Virus record (IMG/VR): IMGVR_UViG_3300045000_000073
Span: 1-28,426 of that record
Length of the DNA stretch: 28,426 nt
Strand: one strand, 5' to 3'
From: a virus
Lineage: Duplodnaviria; Caudoviricetes
Below are positions 15,204 through 23,435 of this stretch, piece after piece. A program made the position numbers and the translations under genes. Numbering within the stretch: the first letter of the stretch is position 1; each line of letters opens with the position of its first letter. A model generated the notes under the pieces. The model saw only the letters and a list, made by a program, of their open reading frames with translations. It was not told the DNA's origin and did no database searches.

Positions 15204-17053
15204 CCACCGCGACCAAACCGTTGGCCACCATCGACGGGGTGATGCTCACCCCCGGCGTGTCGAAGAACAACCGGCTGTACACGCGGGATGCGATCGGCCG
15301 GGCCGTGGCCCGAATGCGGGAACGGCTACAAGACCCGACAGGCCTGCCGATCGTGATGCGCACCCACCACGAAGCCGGGGACAACTCCCGGCTCATCGTC
15401 GGCCGGATCACCGACGTCACCCAACAGCCGGACGGATCGGCCGCCTACAAGGCGCACCTGTACAACACGGACGCCGGACGAGACATCGGAACCCTCATCG
15501 ACCCTAAGGCACCCGCCCTGAAGTCGACGAGCGTCCACGGCTACTGGATCGGACCGATCGAACGGCACCGGCAGGGCGCGGACACGATCGAGACCGCCGA
15601 CGACCTGGAGGTGGACGCCATCGACTTCACCGCCTCGCCGGGCGTTACGGGGGCACAGATCCGGAGTGTGGCGTTCGAGTCCGTGTCCAAGAGTGCGGCC
15701 GACGGTGCGGCGATCACCGAAACCGCCGACGCCACTGTCACCCTCGACGCGGACGTCCTGACCGAGGTCGCGGACGAACCCAATCCGATCTTCGAGAAAT
15801 ACAGTGCCGCGCAGCGCAAGTCCATGGCCGCGAAAGGTCAAGCCATGACCAACGGGTCGTATCCGATCGCCAACAAGGGCGACGTGCGTAAGGCGATCCG
15901 GGCCGTCGGTCGTGGCGGCGCCGACCACGACGCGATCCGCAAACACATCATCGCCCGCGCGAAGGCCCTCGGGTTCGCATCAATGATTCCCGACACCTGG
16001 GCCAACGACGGATCCATGAAGGAAACGGCACCGACAGTGCCGGCCGAACCTGACATGACGCCGATCGACGAGGCGTACGTGCTGGTCTGCGTCGGCGACG
16101 ACAGTGGGCCGCTCGTCTCGGTCCGCTCCAGCAACGTGGACCCGGGCGACGTCAAGAAGGCCGCCAAGCAGGCAGCGAAGATAGCCGCCCGCGCCATCAA
16201 AAACGCCCCCGACGAGCCAGCCCCTGCCGAGCCGGACGACGGCACCTACGACACCGCCTACAGCGGCGAAACCCACACCCCGGAGGGAACTGTGGCGCAA
16301 ACCTGGACCGTCAGCGTCAACGGCAAAGAGATGGACGCCGACGAGGCCAAGGCCATCGTCGCCGCAGCTGTCGCTGAGACCGCACCCAAGACCCCCGCCC
16401 CGGCGGTGGAACCCGCTCCAACCCCCGCCGCAGCCCCGGCTGTGGTCGAACAGAAGGAGGTCGCCGTGAGCGACACCGCCAAGGTCGTCGAGCAGGCGAC
16501 TCCCGTTCCCGCGCCGGTAGCCCCTGCGGCAACCGACCTGCCTGCCCTCATCGCTGCGGCCGTCAACGTCGCGGTGACCTCCGCCGTGGCGGAGGCGCTG
16601 CCGAAGGCCGTCAAGAAGGCCCTCAAGGAGCGGAAGCCCGACAAGGCCAGTCAAGGTGTCCAGCAGGCTGCCGCGCCCGCGGTGATCCCGCCGGCCGCCG
16701 CACCCGCAACCGAGACCGCCCCTGTCACCCCGACTGCCACCGCCGAGAGCACCACGAAGGCGGGCACAACCCAGGTGACCGAAGCGGCCCCGGCAGAGGC
16801 CGGCATCACCGCCGCGCAGCTCAAGGAGGCGCTGGAGGCGGAGCGGACCAAGACGATTGCGGAGGTCCGCACCCAGCTGCTTAACGAGAACGGGGTGCCC
16901 GGCCGCAAGGGCTACCGGGTCAACGAGTCGGACGGCAAGTCCGAGGCCACCGGCGACGACCTGTGGGACCGGCGTTCCGAGGTGTGGAGCCAGGTCTTCC
17001 CGTCGCAAATGTCACCCGCCCCCGCCCCGGCCGTCGCTGCGACTGCGGCGTAG
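15200..17053 (+). CDS. Prohead protease-scaffold fusion
   Basis: GVSKNNRLY, THH...IVGRI, TSVHG, IDFTASPGV.GA resemble a herpes/T4 gp21-like protease fold. Ala/Pro/Glu-rich C-terminal half. Directly precedes the capsid gene. Confidence 0.85.
   Translation: MTTATKPLATIDGVMLTPGVSKNNRLYTRDAIGRAVARMRERLQDPTGLPIVMRTHHEAGDNSRLIVGRITDVTQQPDGSAAYKAHLYNTDAGRDIGTLIDPKAPALKSTSVHGYWIGPIERHRQGADTIETADDLEVDAIDFTASPGVTGAQIRSVAFESVSKSAADGAAITETADATVTLDADVLTEVADEPNPIFEKYSAAQRKSMAAKGQAMTNGSYPIANKGDVRKAIRAVGRGGADHDAIRKHIIARAKALGFASMIPDTWANDGSMKETAPTVPAEPDMTPIDEAYVLVCVGDDSGPLVSVRSSNVDPGDVKKAAKQAAKIAARAIKNAPDEPAPAEPDDGTYDTAYSGETHTPEGTVAQTWTVSVNGKEMDADEAKAIVAAAVAETAPKTPAPAVEPAPTPAAAPAVVEQKEVAVSDTAKVVEQATPVPAPVAPAATDLPALIAAAVNVAVTSAVAEALPKAVKKALKERKPDKASQGVQQAAAPAVIPPAAAPATETAPVTPTATAESTTKAGTTQVTEAAPAEAGITAAQLKEALEAERTKTIAEVRTQLLNENGVPGRKGYRVNESDGKSEATGDDLWDRRSEVWSQVFPSQMSPAPAPAVAATAA
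16466..17053 (+). CDS. Putative nested in-frame scaffolding protein, 195 aa
   Basis: Strong internal SD AGAAGGAGG 5 nt before an in-frame GTG (MSDTAKVVEQ...). Confidence 0.6.
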   Translation: MSDTAKVVEQATPVPAPVAPAATDLPALIAAAVNVAVTSAVAEALPKAVKKALKERKPDKASQGVQQAAAPAVIPPAAAPATETAPVTPTATAESTTKAGTTQVTEAAPAEAGITAAQLKEALEAERTKTIAEVRTQLLNENGVPGRKGYRVNESDGKSEATGDDLWDRRSEVWSQVFPSQMSPAPAPAVAATAA

Positions 17054-17096
17054 CGACCTCGCAGCACCTGCTCCACCTTCCCCTACGCCAATCCCG

Positions 17097-17128
17097 AGCC
17101 CCACCAGGAGTGACTGGTGGGGCTTCTT
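17097..17128 (+). terminator. Terminator-like hairpin before the capsid gene
   Basis: AGCCCCACCAG-gagtga-CTGGTGGGGCT followed by TCTT. Confidence 0.6.
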
Positions 17129-17145
17129 CGTGCCTGGAGGCACTT

Positions 17146-18528
17146 GTGCCCACCGAACTGCAGGAGGCCCTGACGGTCGCCTCGGCCGTCACGCCGCTCA
17201 TTCAGAAGGTCATCGATCCGCTGCTTCTGGAGTACCAGCGCCGGTACTCCCCGCTGCTGGCGATGATGCCCAGCAAGCAGTGGAGCTCCACCCAGTACTT
17301 CTTCAATCGCAGGACAGCGCGTCCTGACGCCGGTGGCGTGGTTGACGGTGGTGCCCGGCCGATCGGCAACTCCACCTACGAGCAGGCCGTGTTCAACATT
17401 CGCCTGCTTCAGGCGGTCGGCAGTGTGACCGGATTCGCGCAGACCGTCACCAGGGACCTGATCGGTGACCTGCGGCAGATGGAAATCGACGGCACCGTCA
17501 CCTCCCTCATGTACACGATGGAGTGTGACGCCATCTGGGGTCACGATGGAGCTACGGCCAATGGTGCGTACCCGATCTTCTCTGGCTTCGACTACCTGGT
17601 CAGCAACTGGGCCGCAGGGTCGGGCAGCAACGCGTACATCAACGCCTTCGACGTGAACAACTCGTTCACGATCGCCCGGCTGGACGAGCTGATCGACCTG
17701 GTGGAGGCCAACGCGGCGATGCCGCTGAACTCCAACTACATGTTCGTAATGTCGTCGCGGATGGCGTCGGCCGTGTCCCAGGCCGCGTTCCCGCAGCAGC
17801 GTTTCGACAGCCGCAACGAGATGCAGATCGCCGGTCTGACGGTGCCCTCGTACCGGGGCATCCCGATCAGCAAGTCCTCGTTCGTGTCGCCGCGCTCCAC
17901 CCAGATGGGCACGGTCACCTCGGCGACGGCGGCGACCGCTGGCACCCTGGCCCAGAACACCAACTACAAGTACTACGTGTCCGCGGTCATCGCCCGGTTC
18001 GGGGAGACCCAGGTGTCCGGTGAGGTCAGCCAGACGACTGGTAACACGACCGCCACGAACACGATCACGCTGACCGTGGCGGCACCGGCGAACATGCCCG
18101 ACGGCGCCGGGCCGATCCTGTACAAGGTGTACCGCACGGCCGGTGCTGGTGCGTCGGGCTCAGAGTCGCTGCTCGGCGTCGTGGACGCGTTCGACACCAC
18201 CGGTGCGGCGGTGACCAGCATCATCGACAACGGCACGAACCTGCTCACCAACTCCGGCGCCAACACGGGTCCGACTGCCTACCAGGGTGGCAACGCGGGC
18301 GCCCTGCCGCGCGGTGTCGGCGGCGTGGCGCACGAGGACATCTACCTCGTGCCCCGCGACCCCAATTTCCTGGTCCGGCCGTACACCCGCGACGTGCAGG
18401 TGATCCCGCTCGCCCCGACGGTGACGAGCCCAGATTCTTTGCCGTTCGCGCTCGTGAGTGACACCACGGTCGCTGTGCGTGCACCGAAGTACGTGGGTCG
18501 GCTCAGTCGCGTCGTGGCCAACATCTAG
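17146..18528 (+). CDS. Major capsid protein (HK97 fold, SU10-like) with an inserted FN3/Ig-like domain
   Basis: SD GGAGG before GTG 17146. VGSVTGFAQ, E.DAIWG, FSGFD and YRGIPI motifs, and position after the scaffold. Confidence 0.9.
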   Translation: MPTELQEALTVASAVTPLIQKVIDPLLLEYQRRYSPLLAMMPSKQWSSTQYFFNRRTARPDAGGVVDGGARPIGNSTYEQAVFNIRLLQAVGSVTGFAQTVTRDLIGDLRQMEIDGTVTSLMYTMECDAIWGHDGATANGAYPIFSGFDYLVSNWAAGSGSNAYINAFDVNNSFTIARLDELIDLVEANAAMPLNSNYMFVMSSRMASAVSQAAFPQQRFDSRNEMQIAGLTVPSYRGIPISKSSFVSPRSTQMGTVTSATAATAGTLAQNTNYKYYVSAVIARFGETQVSGEVSQTTGNTTATNTITLTVAAPANMPDGAGPILYKVYRTAGAGASGSESLLGVVDAFDTTGAAVTSIIDNGTNLLTNSGANTGPTAYQGGNAGALPRGVGGVAHEDIYLVPRDPNFLVRPYTRDVQVIPLAPTVTSPDSLPFALVSDTTVAVRAPKYVGRLSRVVANI

Positions 18529-18544
18529 TCCAATCGATGTCCCA

Positions 18545-18597
18545 AGTCCGTTCCTTCGGTCTGGATTCCATCGTGGACCAGTCCGAAGGGACGGGCT
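18545..18597 (+). other. Long RNA stem-loop downstream of the capsid gene
   Basis: AGUCCGUUCCUUCGG pairs with CCGAAGGGACGGGCU (15 bp, two G-U pairs), extended by CUGG/CCAG and UCCA/UGGA. No U-tract. Confidence 0.65.
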
Positions 18598-18624
18598 ATC
18601 ACTCCACAGAAGGGGATCGGGCGC

Positions 18625-19035
18625 ATGCATGTACGCAAGGGAAAGGCCGGCGCCTCGTCAACCGGCCACACCTGGGAGCACGACGGCGCCGTGGTTGAAG
18701 TCCCCGATCACGTCGGCGGCGAACTGCTCCTCCACGCACCGGCCGAGTTTGCCGACGTCACCGCCGAACACCTGGCAGCCGAGCCCTCGACCGAAGCCGA
18801 GGACAACCCTCAAGGCGAAGACCCGGCCGGTCGGGAAAAAGAGCAGGAACAGGAATTCGCCGACGAGGCGGGCGCACCGGAGGGCGGGGACGCACTCGTC
18901 GACGATGCGCCCGAACAGTCCGACGACGCTGACGCGACCGCCGACGACACAACGTCGGCCGAGCAGGCCGACGTGCCCGAGACCGCGGACAAGCCGAAGC
19001 GGAAGTACACCCGCCGTACGCCGATCAGTGACTGA
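18625..19035 (+). CDS. Highly acidic head-module protein with a basic KPKRKYTRR tail
   Basis: SD AAGGGG; D/E-rich low-complexity body; typical post-capsid position. Confidence 0.75.
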   Translation: MHVRKGKAGASSTGHTWEHDGAVVEVPDHVGGELLLHAPAEFADVTAEHLAAEPSTEAEDNPQGEDPAGREKEQEQEFADEAGAPEGGDALVDDAPEQSDDADATADDTTSAEQADVPETADKPKRKYTRRTPISD

Positions 19036-19054
19036 CCTGACGGAGGGGTGAGGG

Positions 19055-19714
19055 ATGCCCGCCGACTCCGCCACCCCACTGTGTAACTGGCAGCAGTTCA
19101 CCTCCGGCGCATTCGCGGACCTGGCAAAGAACTACTCCACTCCCGACCTACAGACCGCGCTGCTACTGGAGTCCACCCGGATGTGCGAGACGGTGTGCGA
19201 TCGCCGGCTGGCGCCGTTCACGGATCTGGTGGAGACGCAACGCGCGAACGCTCTCGACGTCGAGGATGCCCTCGACGCGTATGTGCCGCTGGATCCGACG
19301 TCGCAGCTCGGCTTCTCCCGCGCCCAGTCGTTGGGCTCGACGTTGCTGGTTCGGCATTTCTGGCTACGCGAGGCGCCGCCCCGGTATCAGGAGTTCTGGA
19401 CCGGCTCGATCACCTCGATCAAGCTGAAACGGTCGTTCTCCGGGACGCAGGATGTCGCTATCTCCGGCATCCAGTACGAGGTCGACACGGGACATGTCCG
19501 CTTCCAGTTGGGGACGTTCGTGCCGGCCGGAACAACCATCGTGGCCATCTACTCGGGCGGCTACACGACGACGCCCGCCGACCTGGTGCGGGCCGGAAAG
19601 TTGATGACGGCCTCGCTGGTGCTGCGGGAGTTGCAGCCTTCCCAACAGACCCGCGACCCAGATCTGTTGCACGCCGAGGCCGTCGCCCTACTGGCCGGCT
19701 ACACCCGCCAGTAG
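19055..19714 (+). CDS. Head-tail connector/adaptor
   Basis: ALLLESTRMCETVCDR...YSGGYTTTPADLVRA...LLAGY matches a gp6/gp15-like adaptor pattern. Confidence 0.78.
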   Translation: MPADSATPLCNWQQFTSGAFADLAKNYSTPDLQTALLLESTRMCETVCDRRLAPFTDLVETQRANALDVEDALDAYVPLDPTSQLGFSRAQSLGSTLLVRHFWLREAPPRYQEFWTGSITSIKLKRSFSGTQDVAISGIQYEVDTGHVRFQLGTFVPAGTTIVAIYSGGYTTTPADLVRAGKLMTASLVLRELQPSQQTRDPDLLHAEAVALLAGYTRQ

Positions 19715-19725
19715 GGGGTTGGGTC

Positions 19726-20220
19726 ATGGTCGCTACTCACACCGAGGATGCGGTAGCCCGCGAAGCGGCGTGGCTACGGACCGCCAACGACGGACTCCCG
19801 GCGCTCCTGGCTACTGCGGGCGGGCCGTGGAACAACGTGCAGGCATACCGGCCCCGAACTCCATACGACGAGCAGCGTTCGATCTTCGTGTTGCGGCACA
19901 GGATCACCCAGAAACGGTTCGCTACCCAGCGGGTCATGCACACCTACCCGTTTCGGCTGATCCTGTGGTGGCCGATACTGGCCGTTAACGGGAGCGCCGA
20001 AGACGAGGAGGCGGCGTTCGACGTCGCAATCGACCTGCTGCTGCAGCGCATTCTCGGCCCACTCGGCGACAAAACCCATGGCGGCAGGTTCCTGTCCGTC
20101 GGCGAGAACGGGCCGATTGTGGACGTCGACTACGCCGACCCGGAGCAGACGATTCCTGTCCTGGGTGGGCTGCGGGCCGAGGTGACGTACTCGGCCGACG
20201 ACCGGGAAATCAACGCATGA
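19726..20220 (+). CDS. Putative tail terminator/completion protein
   Basis: ATG 19726 with a G-rich SD; DAVAREAAWL...GDKTHGGRF; neck-module position. Confidence 0.65.
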   Translation: MVATHTEDAVAREAAWLRTANDGLPALLATAGGPWNNVQAYRPRTPYDEQRSIFVLRHRITQKRFATQRVMHTYPFRLILWWPILAVNGSAEDEEAAFDVAIDLLLQRILGPLGDKTHGGRFLSVGENGPIVDVDYADPEQTIPVLGGLRAEVTYSADDREINA

Positions 20221-20759
20221 CGAGCCGGCGCGGGCATCACCTGTCGGCTGCCGCCCGCGCCAAAATCTCGCAGCGTCTGAAGGGCAAGCATCACCCGCAC
20301 AAGGGTCATGCGATGTCCCCGGCCGCGCGACGCAAGATCGCCGCGCGGCTCAAGGGCAGGCACCACAAAGGGCACAAGCTGTCCGCCGTAGCGCGGGCGA
20401 AGATCTCCGCCAAACTGAAGGGCCGTCACCACAAGGGGCACCCCATGTCGGCGTCGGCGCGCGCCAAACTGTCGGCAAAGCTCAAAGGCCGGCATCACAA
20501 AGGCCATCCGGTGTCCGCAACGACCCGAGCCAAACTGTCGGCGGCAACGAGGGCCCGGCATCCGGCGAAGTTGAAGGCGGTGGCGAAGGGCAAGCTGGCC
20601 GCGCACCTGCGCAAGCAGCACCCGTACCGTCCCGTTCAGATCCGCCACCGGCATGCGCTCGCCCGGCACGGGTTCCATCGGCCACGCCCACGCCGTCACG
20701 GCATCACCCGTCAGCACTGGAGACGCCACCACCGTCGCCGTCCCCGCCGGCCCCGCTAG
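20217..20759 (+). CDS. Extremely basic His/Lys/Arg tandem-repeat protein (NUMOD3-like repeats)
   Basis: ATGA coupling. Five units resembling GHxxSaxaRAKiSAkLKGRHHK. No Asp or Glu in 180 aa. Confidence 0.8.
   Translation: MTSRRGHHLSAAARAKISQRLKGKHHPHKGHAMSPAARRKIAARLKGRHHKGHKLSAVARAKISAKLKGRHHKGHPMSASARAKLSAKLKGRHHKGHPVSATTRAKLSAATRARHPAKLKAVAKGKLAAHLRKQHPYRPVQIRHRHALARHGFHRPRPRRHGITRQHWRRHHRRRPRRPR
20232..20561 (+). repeat. Coding tandem repeat, 66-nt period
   Basis: CACAARGG at 20298, 20364, 20430 and 20496, with synonymous variation between units. Confidence 0.85.
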
Positions 20760-20828
20760 ACCCCAACTCCGATCGTCTACCCGTCGCCTGCGCGCCGGGC
20801 CTCAACCGTGCCCAACAGGGAGTTGCCC

Positions 20829-21047
20829 GTGCGCCAGCGCAACGACAACCCGTACCCGCTGACCGTTCATACCGACCCGCCGCAGGTCGTCGAACCCGGC
20901 GACGTCATCGACTACGACGACCCGATCGTCGGGCTGACCGTCCTTGACGAACCGGAGCCGGACGCCCAGGCGGCCACAGAGCCGGCCGGCAAAACCACAA
21001 CCAAGCCGACCAAGGCCGATAGCGGAGACAAGGAGGCCACGAAGTGA
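20829..21047 (+). CDS. Small acidic hypothetical protein preceding the tail tube gene
   Basis: SD GGGAG before GTG 20829 (alternative start 20808); GTGA coupling to the tail tube gene. Confidence 0.65.
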   Translation: MRQRNDNPYPLTVHTDPPQVVEPGDVIDYDDPIVGLTVLDEPEPDAQAATEPAGKTTTKPTKADSGDKEATK

Positions 21048-22204
21048 CCCTGCTCTCGCGCGGCTCAATCCTGGCCATGGCCCGCGAGTCGGTCTCGGGC
21101 ACCTACCTCGCACCCACGTTCACCATCCCATTTACCGCCGCTAGCTACGACACGGTCTACACCCCACTGTGGGATCAGTCGATTCGCAACAACGACGCCG
21201 TCAAGCAAGGCCTGTATCAGGGTCCGGGCGATTCGACGTGGGACATGACGTTCCACGCCTACCCCGACATCGCCGGGAACTTCCTGCGCATGGTCGGCAC
21301 CGACACGGTGACCGCGGCGACCGCCACGACCCTGTCGTCGTCGTCGATCGCGACCGCGACATCCATTTCGACGGTGGCAACAATCCCTGCCGGCTCGACT
21401 ATCCGGATCGACACGGCAGCGAACATTGAGTACGCCGTGACCGGTACGCCGACGGGTGTCGGGCCGTTCGCGATCCCATTGTTGACGTCGGTTGGCGGCC
21501 CGTCGCTCGCACTGACGCTGCCGCACAGCTCAGGTGTCGCGGTCACCACCACGACGACGCACACGTTCAAGCAGAACGTTCCGGCGACTCGTCCGCCGTC
21601 GTGGTCGATTTCCACCTATGAGGGTGTCGACTACCGGGGCTGGGCGGGCTGCCAGATGTCGGAACTTGCCATCAAGATCGACCCAAAGGCGACGATTACT
21701 TTTCAGGCGAAGTTCGCCGGCTTTCCGGAGGCCAGCGTGTCGTCGTTTGTCTACGCGGGCTCGACGATCCAGCCGAACCTGGGCTGGGGCTGGAATATGA
21801 CCAACGCGGGCGGCGCGAGCACCCGGGGTCTGACGTACGACCTGACTCTGAAGCGGGCTACCGACGCCATCCATTCCAGTGACGGAATTCAGGCTCCCCG
21901 TGAGGTGTTTCCGGGTGCCTTGGAGTTGGACGGCGCCTACAAGGCGATCTTCGAAAACACCACGGACTACAACCTGTACATCAACAACACCCAGTCGGTG
22001 ACCACCGCGACGCTGGCGAAGGCGATCTCGTTCGGCGGTGAGTCCCTGGCGATCACCATGTCCCAGTCGGGTTGGAGCAAGGGCACCCGAAACCTGTCGG
22101 GCACCTATGTGGACGCCACGTTTTCCCTGTCGGGCATCTACAACGCCACCGACTCCGGCATCGGCCAGATCATATTGAAGAACTTCACGACGGCCAGTTA
22201 CTGA
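21044..22204 (+). CDS. Major tail tube protein with an internal beta-rich insertion
   Basis: SD AAGGAGG. LAMARESVSGT, THTF, GCQMSELAI motifs; precedes the chaperones and tape measure. Confidence 0.85.
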   Translation: MTLLSRGSILAMARESVSGTYLAPTFTIPFTAASYDTVYTPLWDQSIRNNDAVKQGLYQGPGDSTWDMTFHAYPDIAGNFLRMVGTDTVTAATATTLSSSSIATATSISTVATIPAGSTIRIDTAANIEYAVTGTPTGVGPFAIPLLTSVGGPSLALTLPHSSGVAVTTTTTHTFKQNVPATRPPSWSISTYEGVDYRGWAGCQMSELAIKIDPKATITFQAKFAGFPEASVSSFVYAGSTIQPNLGWGWNMTNAGGASTRGLTYDLTLKRATDAIHSSDGIQAPREVFPGALELDGAYKAIFENTTDYNLYINNTQSVTTATLAKAISFGGESLAITMSQSGWSKGTRNLSGTYVDATFSLSGIYNATDSGIGQIILKNFTTASY

Positions 22205-22295
22205 TCTTGGAGATAGTTGAGCGCTCGGCGCAATATGACCAGGTCGTCACGAAGCTCGTTCCTGTCCGCCTACTGAAGAGAGGCCATACCCCGTC

Positions 22296-22673
22296 ATGGC
22301 TGGCTACCTCAACCGCTTCATCGACCTCGAATTCCCCGAACTCGGCGGCACCGACGACGAAGGCAAAGCCATCGTGTGGGTGCAGATCCGCAACCCGCGC
22401 CTCATGCCCGCCGACCACCTGCTGTCCACCTCCACCTCCACCAAGATCAAGGTAGGACCGGACGGGAAGCCCGTCGAGGTCGACACGAAGATCGAGGACA
22501 CCTACGGCTGGGTAGCCAAGATCGTTGTCGACGGCTATGTGTGGGACGCCTTGTCCCTCGACGATGAGGCACCCCTCATTGCCATGCCACCCAAGGTTGA
22601 CGACATTCGCAAGTTCCCGATCGGGATTCTCAACCGCATCGGCGAAGAGGTGTCCAAGGCAAACCCTCGCTAG
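22296..22673 (+). CDS. Tail assembly chaperone (gpG-like)
   Basis: Position after the tail tube; ends in ANPR at a slippery heptamer. Confidence 0.75.
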   Translation: MAGYLNRFIDLEFPELGGTDDEGKAIVWVQIRNPRLMPADHLLSTSTSTKIKVGPDGKPVEVDTKIEDTYGWVAKIVVDGYVWDALSLDDEAPLIAMPPKVDDIRKFPIGILNRIGEEVSKANPR

Positions 22674-22939
22674 AGCCCGGCTCCCCGTACTACGAGGATG
22701 TACTGCTCCCGATCGAGTCCATCTTCGACGGTACGTGGGCGTCCGGGCCGCCGCCTGACGAGCTGGTCGTCGCCGACACCCTGCTGGAAACGGGATGGAC
22801 GTGGCGGGACTGGTGCGACACGCCTCCCTACATCCGGCGGGTGATGGTGGACGTCATCAACGCCCGCCGCGAAGCCCAACAGCGGCACGCCGAGCAGCAG
22901 CAGCGAGAACAAGAGGCGGCGGTACGGCATGGCCACTGA
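22661..22939 (+). CDS. gpT-like extension reached by -1 ribosomal frameshift (G-T fusion 22296-22939)
   Basis: A AAC CCT heptamer at 22661-22667. The -1 frame is open with no usable start and reads ...SLEPGSPYYEDVLLPIESIFDGTW...GWTWRDWCDTPPYIRR...RHGH. Confidence 0.75.
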   Translation, partial: KPSLEPGSPYYEDVLLPIESIFDGTWASGPPPDELVVADTLLETGWTWRDWCDTPPYIRRVMVDVINARREAQQRHAEQQQREQEAAVRHGH

Positions 22940-23393
22940 GATCCGACCCGGCGTGTTCGGTGCCCTGTTCGGCCGGCTGGCGGCGAAGAGTGAGGCCGCC
23001 GGGCCGATGATGCTCACACCGCTGGCGTTGGCGATCGAGCGGCAGGCGAAACTCAACCTCGGGCAGTCCAGCCACCCGTACGGCACACCAACCCCGGCGT
23101 TCGCGGGCGGACCTCCGGCGATGATTTCCGGGACCGGCCGACGGTCCATCACCCACACCCGACCAACCCCGACCGGCGGAGGCTGGGAAAGCAGGGTTGG
23201 TGTGGCGACGGGCTTCTACCCGCCGTACGGGCGCGGCAAGCGGACCCCGTCGTCGAAGTACCTGTACTACCTGGAGACCGGGAACACCCGCAATGGTGCC
23301 GCGTACCCGTTCCTGATTCCGGCGTTTGACACGGTGGTGCATTCGACGAGTTCGGCGGCGATCGCCCGCTGGATCGCCATCGACTGGCACTAG
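22929..23393 (+). CDS. HK97 gp10-like tail completion protein
   Basis: P..SGTGRRSI...KYLYYLETG...YPFLIPAF pattern. Confidence 0.7.
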   Translation: MATEIRPGVFGALFGRLAAKSEAAGPMMLTPLALAIERQAKLNLGQSSHPYGTPTPAFAGGPPAMISGTGRRSITHTRPTPTGGGWESRVGVATGFYPPYGRGKRTPSSKYLYYLETGNTRNGAAYPFLIPAFDTVVHSTSSAAIARWIAIDWH

Positions 23394-23435
23394 CCCACCC
23401 GACCCGAGCCGCACCCTTTCGACCCAGGTCGGGGG

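Noticed and set aside
16963-17145. ORF-track N-terminal extension of the capsid protein
   Set aside because: It overlaps the scaffold gene and a hairpin. The SD GGAGG supports GTG 17146.
20232-20561. 66-nt periodic repeat as a possible CRISPR array
   Set aside because: Units are degenerate at synonymous positions, have no unique spacers, are in frame in a coding gene, and no cas genes are present.
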